Assembly: GCF_001194135.2 (NCBI RefSeq) | Contig: NC_068989.1 | Span: forward strand, 31,895,462-31,928,698 | DNA length: 33,237 bases | From: Octopus bimaculoides | Lineage: Eukaryota | Direction of reading: 5' to 3' | Part shown: in pieces, positions 23,015-33,237 of the stretch | How positions within the stretch are numbered: position 1 is the stretch's first letter | How the letters are laid out: the number at the start of each line of letters is the position of its first letter | Made by a program: the position numbers and the translations under genes | Notes under the pieces: generated by a model | What the model was told of the DNA's origin: nothing | The model's database searches: none | Seen by the model: the letters and a program-made list of their open reading frames with translations, nothing else

Positions 23015-23150
23015 GAGCCGACTAAGATATAGATAGAAACACAGCTTATATACAAAAAATTTTTTCAGGCGAACGACAAGTCTGAACTTGTTTTGCGACG
23101 TGAGGCGAGGAGGTGGGCGGGGGACGAACGTTTTTTGTTTAGTGGGCGGA
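23015..23150 (-). promoter_or_regulatory. Candidate RNA Pol II core promoter: two GC boxes, TATA box and Inr (TSS about 23023)
   Basis: GGGCGG at 23144-23149 and GGGCGGGG at 23115-23122. Minus-strand TATATAAG at 23052-23045. Inr-like TTAGTC has its A at 23023, 29 nt from the first T of the TATA box. The region is locally CpG-rich. Confidence 0.55.
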
Positions 23151-23335
23151 TACAATTGAAACTTTCTGTGACGTTTCTTGATATCAATATTGTTGAGAGA
23201 TAAATACAAGGGAATATGTTGATAAGACAGAATATATGTTAGTTTGTCATCGAAGAAATTTCTGTCCATTTATTTATCTCGACTTCAATTCACAGAAGCC
23301 TCCTTTAAACAGATATGTGGCTTCCAAGAAAGCGG

Positions 23336-23411
<76 letters not shown>
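23336..23411. repeat. (TC)n/(GA)n tract
   Basis: Seen directly in the sequence, about 300 bp upstream of the candidate TSS. Confidence 0.95.
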
Positions 23412-23652
23412 TTAGAATTACAATTCAAACTGAACATGTGCTGTGAATACCGGCCTAAAAATACAACTAACAGCATGAGGAGACGACGTTTCGGTTCTTA
23501 CATGTTTCTATTTTTTCTTTTTCAAAAAACATTTTAAATTGCATATGTTCGGTATTCAGTCCTAAGATAGCCCTTAAAGCACTATAATTTCATTGTTGAA
23601 TTTATAGTCGTAAAATATTTCTCGATGTATCTACGTTTGTATACTATATATA

Positions 23653-24568
23653 TTGGGTCATCCTATAAATAATGCGGTTTTTTTATACATTTTTTTTTTT
23701 CAAAATTAAGATAAACAAAGTTCTTTTTAAATCTAGAATATACTCTCCTTCATTTTCTACAATGCTCTTCCATCTATCTGATAGAATTGCAAGGCACCTC
23801 TTCAAAAATTCACTTGTCCGTGGTGAAAAATCCTCCCCCAGTACAGTTCTGACCTTGTCTACAGCATTCATATTTTTCCTGTCCAAATGATTTTGGAGAA
23901 TGCAGAATAAATGATAATCAGATGGGGCAATGTCCGGCGAATATGGTGGGTGGGGCATCGTTTCCTATTCAAACTGCTCCAGCCTTTGGAATGTCATCCT
24001 CGCTGCGTGTGGCCGAGCATTATCCCGATGGAATAGTACCTTTCGTACTGAAACCAAAGATGGTCGTTTTTCTTCTAGCGCTGACTTGAATGACTGGTTA
24101 AATGACCAAATCCAAGCTTCTCTGGTAGTTCCTCAACAGTTACGATGGAATTTTGTTCCACCATGGTTTGCAGGACGTTCTCGTCGAGCTCTACAGATCT
24201 TCCAGGACGTTTTCTAGGGTGTGATTTCCCGCTCGGAATTTCTGGAACCACAGTTGAGACTGGCTTACGATTGTTGTCCGATCCCCATATACTACATTAA
24301 TATTCTTCGCACTTTCCGTTGCGTTGGTGCTTTTATTGAACTCATAAAGCAAAATATGTTGAATATGCTCCTCTGTCAGTTCCATTATATGTTTGAAAAA
24401 ATAACAGTTAAAATAGAACTGCACTCTTCAAAACTTGCACTAAGAATAAGGACAAGATAAAATTACTACCTGCTTTTATAGCAAATTGATGGAGGTAGTT
24501 TATCTCGTCCCCTCCGACTTTTAGTTCATGCAATTGAAAAAAACCGCATTACTTATGGGATGACCCTA
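23653..24568 (-). mobile_element. Internally deleted mariner with both TIRs and TA flanks
   Basis: TIRs T(T/A)GGGTCATCC(T/C)ATAA(A/G)TAATGCGGTTTTTTT at both ends. The N-terminus (HILLYEFNK..WFQKFRAG) joins the C-terminus (FHRDNARPH, MPHPPYSPDIAPSDYHLF..RWKSIVENEGEYI). The WVPHEL/TGDE segment is absent. Confidence 0.92.
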
Positions 24569-25000
24569 TATATATATATATCTCTTTTTCCCCCCTCGTA
24601 CTTCCTCTCTTCCTCTTTTCCTCTCGTTGCTCACCTATTCTTCTACTTCCTCCCTTTGTTTCTCCCTCTACCACTCTCTCTCTCTTCCCCTTACACCGGC
24701 ATGGTCACATGCTTCTGGTCAATAATCCTTTTCTTNNNNNNNNNNNNNNNNNNNNNNNNNNNNNNNNNNNNNNNNNNNNNNNNNNNNNNNNNNNNNNNNN
24801 NNNNNNNNNNNNNNNNNNNNNNNNNNNNNNNNNNNNNNNNNNNNNNNNNNNNNNNNNNNNNNNNNNNNNNNNNNNNNNNNNNNNNNNNNNNNCTACGTTT
24901 TGTTTGCAATGTCCTGTACCCAGATATGCACCTATACATACAGGTGGATGTCGGTATGCACATACCTGTACGTATATATGCATATACTCATTTACTATTT

Positions 25001-25039
<39 letters not shown>

Positions 25040-25040
<1 letters not shown>

Positions 25041-26664
25041 ATGTAAACCCAGTCTATTCTATGGTCTACCTAAAATTCACAAAAGCCAAACTATAAACGA
25101 AGCCATCAAAAAATCTCCAAAGGCATACATATATACATCAGCACCAGGAGGCCTGAAATTACGGCCCATTGTAGCTGGACCATCCTGTGACACACATCGA
25201 TTAAGTTGCCTCATGGACATTCTCCTGAAACTATTTCTAAAACATATCAAGAGTCATATTAGAGATGACTTAAATACGTTAAATCATCTTCCAGAAAGGG
25301 CCGAGGAGGAAGCAATCATGGTCTCATTCGATGTGATTAGTTTATACACAAACATACCCCATAATTATGGAGTAGAAGCAATCCGTTTCTGGCTGGACAA
25401 ATATCCAGAAGAAACACCAGATCAACAAAGACTTCATAATCGAATCAATTAAATTCATCCTCCAAAACAACCATTTCATGTTTGACACCACTGTTTATCG
25501 CCAAAAATCTGGAATTGCAATGGGAACCAAGGCAGCTCCAACTATTGCCAATCTAACAATAGGCTATTTAGAAATAACAGCATATCAGGAGTTATTTTCA
25601 AAATTTGGAAACCCTCTCTCCCAACACATAAAAGAAAATTGGAAAAGATTTTTGGACGACTGCTTCATCCTCTGGAATGAAGACATAGATAGGCTACTGG
25701 AGTTCAAAAGACTTCTCAATAGCATTAACACCAAAATACAATTCGCAATGGAGCACAACCACGAGGAACTCTCATTCCTAGACATACTGATTTAAAAGAT
25801 AAACAAAACATGGAAACGGACATTTTTTACAAAACCACAGACGCTAAACAATATCTATTATTTAGTTCATATCACCCAAGATATCAAAACAAATATCCCT
25901 TCAACCTTACAAGAAGGATTTGCACCATAGTATCCGAAAAAATATACCAGAGAACTAAGACTGCAAGAGCTTAAAAACGTACTCCAGGATAGGCACTACC
26001 CAACTCAACTCATAAATAAAGGGATTAAAAGTGCAAAATCGATAACTGTTAAAACATTAAGGAAAGTCAAACACAACAAAACACCTACCCTTAAAACACT
26101 CCACATACAACCCCAGAAAAAAAGAAGCATTTAATATCATCGTCCAAAATGTCCCAATACTCCATAAGGACCACAAACTTAAGAAAATTCTACGTAACCA
26201 TAAAATCATTAAGAGCAGCAGACAATCTAAGATATTAAAGAAGATCCTCACAAATGCCAAACTATTCTCTAGAACAACGGATGCAAGAGTCAAAAAGTGT
26301 GGTCGCCTTAATTGCGGAACATATCCCAATCTGTTAGAAGGATCGGAATTCCATTTCAGACAAGGGCAAATATTCCAAATCAAATCTAATTTCACTTGCG
26401 CCTCCCAAAACCTCATTTATCTAATCAAATGCTCGGGCTGCCATCGAAACTATATTGGTTCGGGCAGAGATTTACGGTCCACAGATAATAAATATCCACC
26501 CCACAATATCGCTAGATATATCTCAGTCAACACATTGAAGAATATGCAGAACGATCACAACCACAATTTGTAATTTTCCCATTTTATCAACTTGATTTCT
26601 GGAACTCAATCAATTAAGACTGAATAAAGAAGCCTCGTTTATCCAAAAATATAAACCAGAATTA
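25040..26664 (+). mobile_element. Neptune-type PLE, 5'-truncated, degenerate RT plus GIY-YIG
   Basis: FYGLPKIHK..LRPIV, VSFDVISLYTNIP, GIAMGTKAAP..ANL, WKRFLDDCF, LSFLDILI, FYKTTD, KKCGRLNC..NLIYLIKCSGC..YIG and NKEASFIQKYKPEL. Several stops and frameshifts. Confidence 0.92.
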
Positions 26665-26764
26665 NNNNNNNNNNNNNNNNNNNNNNNNNNNNNNNNNNNN
26701 NNNNNNNNNNNNNNNNNNNNNNNNNNNNNNNNNNNNNNNNNNNNNNNNNNNNNNNNNNNNNNNN

Positions 26765-26798
<34 letters not shown>

Positions 26799-26886
26799 AA
26801 TGAAATATGATTTAAGGAATAATGGTGCTGAACGATGTAATTTGGTAAAAGCGTAATAGAAAAAGTAAGAAAGTATGACAACTGAA

Positions 26887-27101
26887 ATGCGGTGAGCTGG
26901 CAGAAACGTTAGCACGCCGGGCGAAATGCCTAGCGGTATTTCGTCTGCCGTTACGTTCTGAGTTCAAATTCCGCCGAGGTCGACTTTTATCCTTTTGGGG
27001 TCGATTAAATAATTACCAGTTAATCACTGGGGTCAATGTAATCGACTTAATCCCCTTGTTTGTCCCCTCTATGTTTAACCTCCTGTGGGCAATCAAGAAA
27101 T
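26887..27101 (+). mobile_element. SINE family E, near complete
   Basis: GAGCTGGCAGAAACGTTAGCACGCCGGGCG...GAGTTCAAATTCCGCC (B-box-like)...GGGGTCGATTAAATAATTACCAG. Related copies lie at 18445 and 32965. Confidence 0.8.
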
Positions 27102-28049
27102 CAAAATATGTAGCTAAATGAAAATATAAAATTTTATATGATTAGAGAGACTATCAATGTTGAATTACACATAAAGACCAAATTCGTCAGTTATCAGACG
27201 GAAAGGGCAGTGTTCTAAAGACGTCACTCTCGGGTGAACTTTTATTCTCTATAACATTAAAATTATATATTGTTATCGTAAAACTTTAAAGAAAATTAGA
27301 ATAAAATTAAGATTATCAACGAGGATGTAAAGTGTGGATCTATTCGAGTACTGATTTGGAAGAGAATACACCATAGTTCTTCTCAAGAAAGGCAATGATG
27401 TATTTTACAAGATTATATTTTCAATGAAGTTTTATTTGTGAAAGGAAATCTTTTCTCGTTAGCAAATCTCAGGTGTTGTCTAACAAACAGTTTAAAGCAT
27501 TTAAATGCACGAATATATTCATGAATACAGCTTGAAATTATGTTATTAAGGGTTATTGAATTTGTACATTCAATAATAGGTGTAGCATACAACTAGAAAT
27601 TTACTCAGAATTTCGATTAAAAAAATGAAGGATGTGAAAGCAGTATTTCGTATGAGAGGTAAAAACAAGCAAGGCCAGTGTTAATGGCTGTACGGTTTGC
27701 CAAAGCAAATCAAGAATTTCAATTACATCATCAAAATGTAATTTATATTCTAAGTTTTTAGACCCCTATATGCACCGGACACATGTAGTACGCCTAAGGT
27801 GACTGCAAAATGTGTCTCTGTGCTGAATGTAACTTGTGAATCTGTATGTAGTCTAAAGACTGATTCAAACATTGTATTGGTTTTCGCAGTTACACAGTAA
27901 TACACACACACACACACACATTTCACTTCACCTTATATAGAGATATAAATAATGTAACGTGAAAGTTACATCAACATGCCACAGATTACACTCGATCGAA
28001 ATTTTTTGTTAGAAATTATACAAGTCCTTCTTTGTCTTTTAGTTTGTTG

Positions 28050-28133
<84 letters not shown>

Positions 28134-28232
28134 CTGGGGATAGGTAGAATAAGGTCTCTGTAAACTTGGCATTTAAACTATTAAGGAAATACAATACAAT
28201 AATATAATTTATTTCATCCAGGATGAGTTGTA

Positions 28233-29420
28233 ATGTATCATCCCATAAGTTCTGTCCGAAATTTGAATAAAGAAAACAAGTGATCAAATGTTATATTTAA
28301 TTGAAATTTAATCATCAATGTTCTTTCCCTGATTATCTATGACTTCCTTCCATCTACTTACAAGCTTTTTAGTCCCATCAATGTAAAACTCTTTTGGTTT
28401 CAAAGCGAAGAACACGAAAATGTCAGTTTCGACCTCCTCCTGCCTTGCGAAAGTTATGTCCCCCAAATGATTCTGTAAACTTCGAAACAAATGGTAGTCT
28501 GAAGAAGNNNNNNNNNNNNNNNNNNNNNNNNNNNNNNNNNNNNNNNNNNNNNNNNNNNNNNNNNNNNNNNNNNNNNNNNNNNNNNNNNNNNNNNNNNNNN
28601 NNNNNNNNNNNNNNNNNNNNNNNNNNNNNNNNNNNNNNNNNNNNNNNNNNNNNNNNNNNNNNNNNNNNNNNNNNNNNNNNNNNNNNNNNNNNNNNNNNNN
28701 NNNNNNNNNNNNNNNNNNNNNNNNNNNATGAAGTTCCCTTCTCGGTTGTAGTTGAGCTTTTTCCCTTTTACCAAGCCACTGTTTACGACGTTTAACATTT
28801 CGATAGAAGATCCCTTTTTCGTCACCAGTCATAAGTCTATCCAAAAAGGGTGAAATGAGTTCGCGACAATGGAGAGAAGAGCAGATGTCAACTCGGCATT
28901 TGCGGTTGCTTTCGGACAATTCATGTGGCACCCATTTTCCAAGTTTAGGAATCTTTCCAAGTTGTTGAAGATGACGATGAACAGTTGTATGGTTTGAACT
29001 AAACTTTATTGCCAATTCTTCAACTGATAATGCGCCTCATCAAACTCAACTGGACGTACTGTTTGATCTTCATCTTCAAGGCTGAAATCTCCACTTCTGA
29101 ATTTTGCAAACCATCTTCTGCAAGTTCTTTCATTCAAGCATCCTTTCCCATAAACTGAGTAGATGTATCGAGCAGAGTTTCCTTTTTTGTACTCATAAAG
29201 CATTATGTGCCTTAAATGCTCTTTGGATACTTCCGTGTTAGAAAGGGTTTTAATCAAAGAAACTTTAATTCTATTATGCAGTAAAATAATATTTAATTAG
29301 TTTAAATGTACACAAATGCATAAAAATAATTTTTAATTCCATTAGACATTCTAAAATACGATTAAATTTCATTCAATTTTAAAAAAGGTAAAATCGGACA
29401 CAACTTATGGGATGACCTGA
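28233..29420 (-). mobile_element. mariner (DD34D) transposon, near full length, pseudogenised
   Basis: TIR core TCATCCCATAAGTT.TGTCCGA at both ends, with TA flanks. HLRHIMLYEY..RRWFAKFRSGDFSL, GKWVPHELS, LMTGDEK and SDYHLFRSLQNHL..RWKEVIDNQG. Confidence 0.93.
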
Positions 29421-30059
29421 TAATATACAAATTCTCTTTTTCACATGTACCCCATTCCTCGTCAAATCGTCTTGCTTTTCGACATTCTTACCAACACTAA
29501 GAATCATTAACCGCACTCTCTTTTTAACACCACCAGATTTAACATCTAACCCCGTAACTCCATACTTACTGCTCTTTACTTCCCACATCTTGACCACGTT
29601 CTCTCACCCAGTGTGGTTATGAGTTGTGCAACAATTTATTAGCTCAAACCAAATTCATGCACAGGAATATGTTGGACTCTTGGAACATTTGCATGAACTT
29701 ATACATACATATACAAACGCATGCTCCATTTATTATTATTTTTCATATCTACTCAAAATACATCACTTTAACTTGGTATTTCTACCTATAAAACGGGTGT
29801 GATATCCCAGTTTTTGTGTGATTTTTGCTACCCATGGTAACTATTAACATATTTACATTATCAAAGTTTTTTCAACCGAGATAATATTAATATATACATA
29901 AATTAATATATATATATATATACACGCGCGCACACATAGATAGATAGATAGATACATACATACATAGATACATGAAACATTATGTATATATATGTAATAT
30001 GGTGTATATAACAGTAAAAAAATTTTTGTGGATGTGCAAGTCTCAATACACATTATTAT

Positions 30060-30188
30060 TAATATGTATGTATATATATCATCATCATCGATGTTATATA
30101 TGCATATATGTATATATGTGTGTGTGTGTGTGTGTATATATGTGTGTGTGTGTGTATATATGTGTGTGCGTATATATATGTGTGTGTG

Positions 30189-30226
<38 letters not shown>

Positions 30227-30227
30227 C

Positions 30228-30263
<36 letters not shown>

Positions 30264-30350
30264 NNNNNNNNNNNNNNNNNNNNNNNNNNNNNNNNNNNNN
30301 NNNNNNNNNNNNNNNNNNNCGCGCGCGCGCGCGCAAGCATATGTGTGTGT
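30060..30350. repeat. Compound TG/TA microsatellite with a (GC)7 run, containing a gap
   Basis: Seen directly in the sequence. Confidence 0.9.
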
Positions 30351-30990
30351 ATGTATTAAATGATGACACTCACATCAAGAGAAGTTTTAAAGTTTTTTTT
30401 ATTTATAATTAATGATAAAATATGATTCCTATGTTTATAAAATTTTCATTACTTTAACAAAATTGAACTGTCTCATAATATAAACAATTCATCTTCAACT
30501 CGAATTTTACAATCAGATTCAAATGTAAAAACATAGCCCAAAACACACGGTCTGTAACCATTGTACTACAGTAATTTTTTGGCTGATAATGGAATGAATA
30601 CTTGAATATCCATCAACATTTTAGTAACCAATACTCAGTAATTCTCATTTTATCCACAATATTACCTTTGCCATGGATACTATTTTTGTTCGTTTATACT
30701 TTATATTACAAATGACCAAAAAAGGACTGTATTGGTAACTGAGAAGGTGAATATTGGGAAATGTGCCACCAGCCAGGTGATAATCTCATTCTTGTTTCAG
30801 GTTTAAACAAGAGAGATCCAGTGTCAATCAGCTTCCACAAAACATCGTTATTCTCAGAAGTATTGTATAGAATTCAATTACATTCCTCTAGGAATGTATA
30901 TCAAGCATCAATTGCTTCTACTTGGATTTTATATCTTATCATAAAAACCATATAATGTTGTTCTCAGAGTTCATCTTGATGGTTCTTTCT

Positions 30991-31110
30991 TCATGGATGT
31001 GGTTCCACTTTAACATGAATACCTTGAGCCTTTAGATCCATAACCATTGACAACAGTTTTTGCTGTAACTGCCTTAGATATTCATTCTTGGTTGTCAGTT
31101 CTTCCAGCAC
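30991..31110 (-). CDS. Last coding exon of a bZIP transcription factor (leucine zipper)
   Basis: TTACAG| acceptor, phase 0. Reads VLEELTTKNEYLRQLQQKLLSMVMDLKAQGIHVKVEPHP*, with Leu at positions 5, 12, 19 and 26 and Asn at an a position. Confidence 0.85.
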   Translation of the reverse strand: MLEELTTKNEYLRQLQQKLLSMVMDLKAQGIHVKVEPHP

Positions 31111-31644
31111 CTGTAATATAAAAGAAAATTGTTAGAAATAACCCATTGTTACTTATTCATATTGAGTTTAGTTTTTTTTCTTATTTTTTATTTTTTTCAG
31201 TGAGTTGATTGAAATTTTTTATCACCAGGTCTGGCACTTGAAATTAACAAAATCTTCATTAATTAAAGTAAGAGACAGTTGGCTAATTACAGTGGAATGT
31301 TAACAATGAAATACAAACCTCTTATCTCATAATTTGAAACATTCTCAATTCAACCACCTGTGTATACACTGATTAACTGTGTAAACTCCAAATTCCAAAA
31401 GGTTTTCACTTTGCTTCTATATAACTCTAGATATTTTGGAAACGGCTCATATCACACCAAAACGTATTAACAACATATATAAAGCAAAATAGAGGGCATA
31501 TTTACTTTATATTTATGAATCCCTTGGGTTAGAGAAAATTGCATTTTGAAATACAAAAGCTGGTTCATTTTGTTAAAAGCTTCTTAAATACATCGTAATA
31601 AATAATATAACCATTTCAATTTACAACAAATTCTATTCACTGAC

Positions 31645-31752
31645 CTTTTCATCTTCAAATTTCTTCATCCTTTGTTTATCACGATATTTCTTGGCAGCAA
31701 CTTTATTTCTATTCTTCATTTCATTTCTTCGTTGTATTTCTGTGGGAGACAT
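31645..31752 (-). CDS. 108-bp phase-0 exon encoding a bZIP basic region (Fos/ATF3/BATF-like)
   Basis: TTCAG| acceptor and AAG|GTCAGT donor. Reads MSPTEIQRRNEMKNRNKVAAKKYRDKQRMKKFEDEK with the invariant N-x7-R, and splices in frame to 31110. Confidence 0.88.
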
Positions 31753-31932
31753 CTGAACATATAAAAAAGAAATAAAGGAGATAAAAAAAAATTTGAATAA
31801 CATCAAACTGTTGTTGTGATAAATATTCTTGCTCCCATACACACACACNNNNNNNNNNNNNNNNNNNNNNNNNNNNNNNNNNNNNNNNNNNNNNNNNNNN
31901 NNNNNNNNNNNNNNNNNNNNNNNNNNNNNNNN

Positions 31933-31966
<34 letters not shown>

Positions 31967-32045
31967 AATAATAAGGGTGAAAAATTGAATATTAATTTGA
32001 TTAATATCAATTTAAAACCAGAAAAATCTAAAGAGTCAGAAAAAT

Positions 32046-32259
32046 TATATTACATACATATAAGAGGGATGACAACTAAGTGGACATCCATTATACTAGA
32101 AGAAGACCACCTATGGTCTGACCACTAAGAAAAGATTGTTCTCAAGAAAATTCAGCAAATGCCGTAAGTGAGCATTTCCTTAGTAGTCAGATCATAGGTG
32201 GTCTTCTAGCATAATGGATGTCCACTTAGTGGTCATCCCTTTTATACGTATGTAATATA
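32046..32259. mobile_element. MITE-like long inverted repeat (about 82-bp arms, about 50-bp spacer)
   Basis: 32046-32129 is the reverse complement of 32179-32259 with about 6 substitutions and one 3-bp indel (core TAAGTGGACATCCATTAT.CTAGAAGA..CCACCTATG.TCTGAC). Confidence 0.8.
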
Positions 32260-32964
32260 CATACATACATATATATATCTGTTTACAAATATATACATGT
32301 AGTTATATATAAATACATCATGTATATATATATACACACATATATATACACACACATAAACACAGTTTTACACACATTCATATATACAAATATATAGATA
32401 TATATATAGCAGCTGTGCATTGTTAACCAGTTAGGAGATGTCCTCTTGGGGTTAAAACATTGCAGTAGAGTCTGCTTGAACGGATGGTCATGTTAAAGTG
32501 GCTACAAATATATATAAATACATACATTGTTGATATCATAAGAATTTATAAACTTTTGAGAGAACATTAATCATTTTTTGTTTTTCTTTTTGGAACTGAA
32601 TCTCACTGTATATATATTAAGATATAAATAATAGCATGTAAATATTAGGTTGAAAAACCCTTTTGAATAAAATAAAAGGCTGTCTGTGAGACTTGAACCC
32701 ACAACTCTTGTGTATGTGTGTATGTATGTATGTATGTATGTATTCGGGTGAGTGGGCAAACAAAAGAAAGAGGCACTCAGCTCATTTAGTTGGAGTTACA
32801 TACATTAATATTTAAAATAGTTTGATTTGGTCTTATGCGAGTTTTGTAGGCTTCTTTCAGAAATGAAGCTCGTCGAACTCAAATTAGCCAAATTCTGTAA
32901 GGAACTATAAAACTTTAAGACACATAAGGTCGAAATCAAACTGTTTTAAAGAACAACAACAACA

Positions 32965-33103
32965 ATAATAATAATCCTTTCTAGTAAAGGCTCAAAGCCT
33001 GAAATTTCGAGGGGAGGGGACTAGTCAATTACATCGACACCAGTGTTTCACTGGTACTTAATTTTTGACCGTGAAAGGATGGAAGGCGAAGTCGACCCTG
33101 GCG

Positions 33104-33106
<3 letters not shown>
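32965..33106 (-). mobile_element. SINE family E, 3' part, abutting (AAT)n
   Basis: Minus strand ATTCCGCCAGGGTCGACTTCGCCTTCCATCCTTTCACGGTCAAAAATTAAGTACCAG..CACTGGTGTCGATGTAATTGACT aligns with 26950-27050. Confidence 0.75.

Positions 33107-33182
<76 letters not shown>
33107..33182. repeat. (AAT)n followed by (GT)n microsatellite
   Basis: Seen directly in the sequence. It is followed by about 35 nt resembling the start of the SINE-A 3' half. Confidence 0.9.
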
Positions 33183-33184
<2 letters not shown>

Positions 33185-33237
33185 ATGTTTGTCCACCACC
33201 GTTTGACAACTGGGATTGGTTTGTCAACCTCTTTAAA

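Noticed and set aside
27600-27900. Isolated plus-strand splice-like motifs (..GAGAG|GTAAAA, ..TTTTAG|ACCCC..AAG|GTGACT)
   Set aside because: No coherent reading frame or partner exons, and such motifs are expected by chance.
29379-29597. 72-aa minus-strand ORF (MVKMWEVKSSK...)
   Set aside because: No recognisable motif or splice support; it overlaps the mariner end and may be an old repeat fragment.
32410-32510. Possible upstream exon of the bZIP gene
   Set aside because: An acceptor-like TTGTAG is present, but I found no good phase-0 donor or family-like sequence. The upstream exons remain unidentified.

Overview
This is a eukaryotic, AT-rich, microsatellite-dense window with 13 N-gaps. 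The SINE families and repeat style point to a cephalopod, probably Octopus (inference). Most of the sequence is decayed transposons: at least six Penelope-like retroelement (PLE) fragments of about four lineages, an RTE LINE fragment, five tRNA-derived SINE families, three mariners, one full-length Tc1, a deleted pogo/Tc2-like element, a TTAA-flanked foldback element and a hairpin MITE. The one convincing host gene is on the minus strand near the right end. Two spliced exons (31752-31645 and 31110-30991) encode a divergent Fos/ATF3/BATF-type bZIP domain that the ORF track shows only in part. A well-spaced GC-box/TATA/Inr promoter (minus strand, TSS about 23023) and exon-like sequence at 19.4-20.0 kb suggest a second, unidentified transcript. 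All ORFs made of X runs or of Y/I/H/T/C/V dipeptide runs are artefacts. No CRISPR, rRNA or true tRNA gene is supported. I found no clearly new biological system; the best leads are ranked in the findings.
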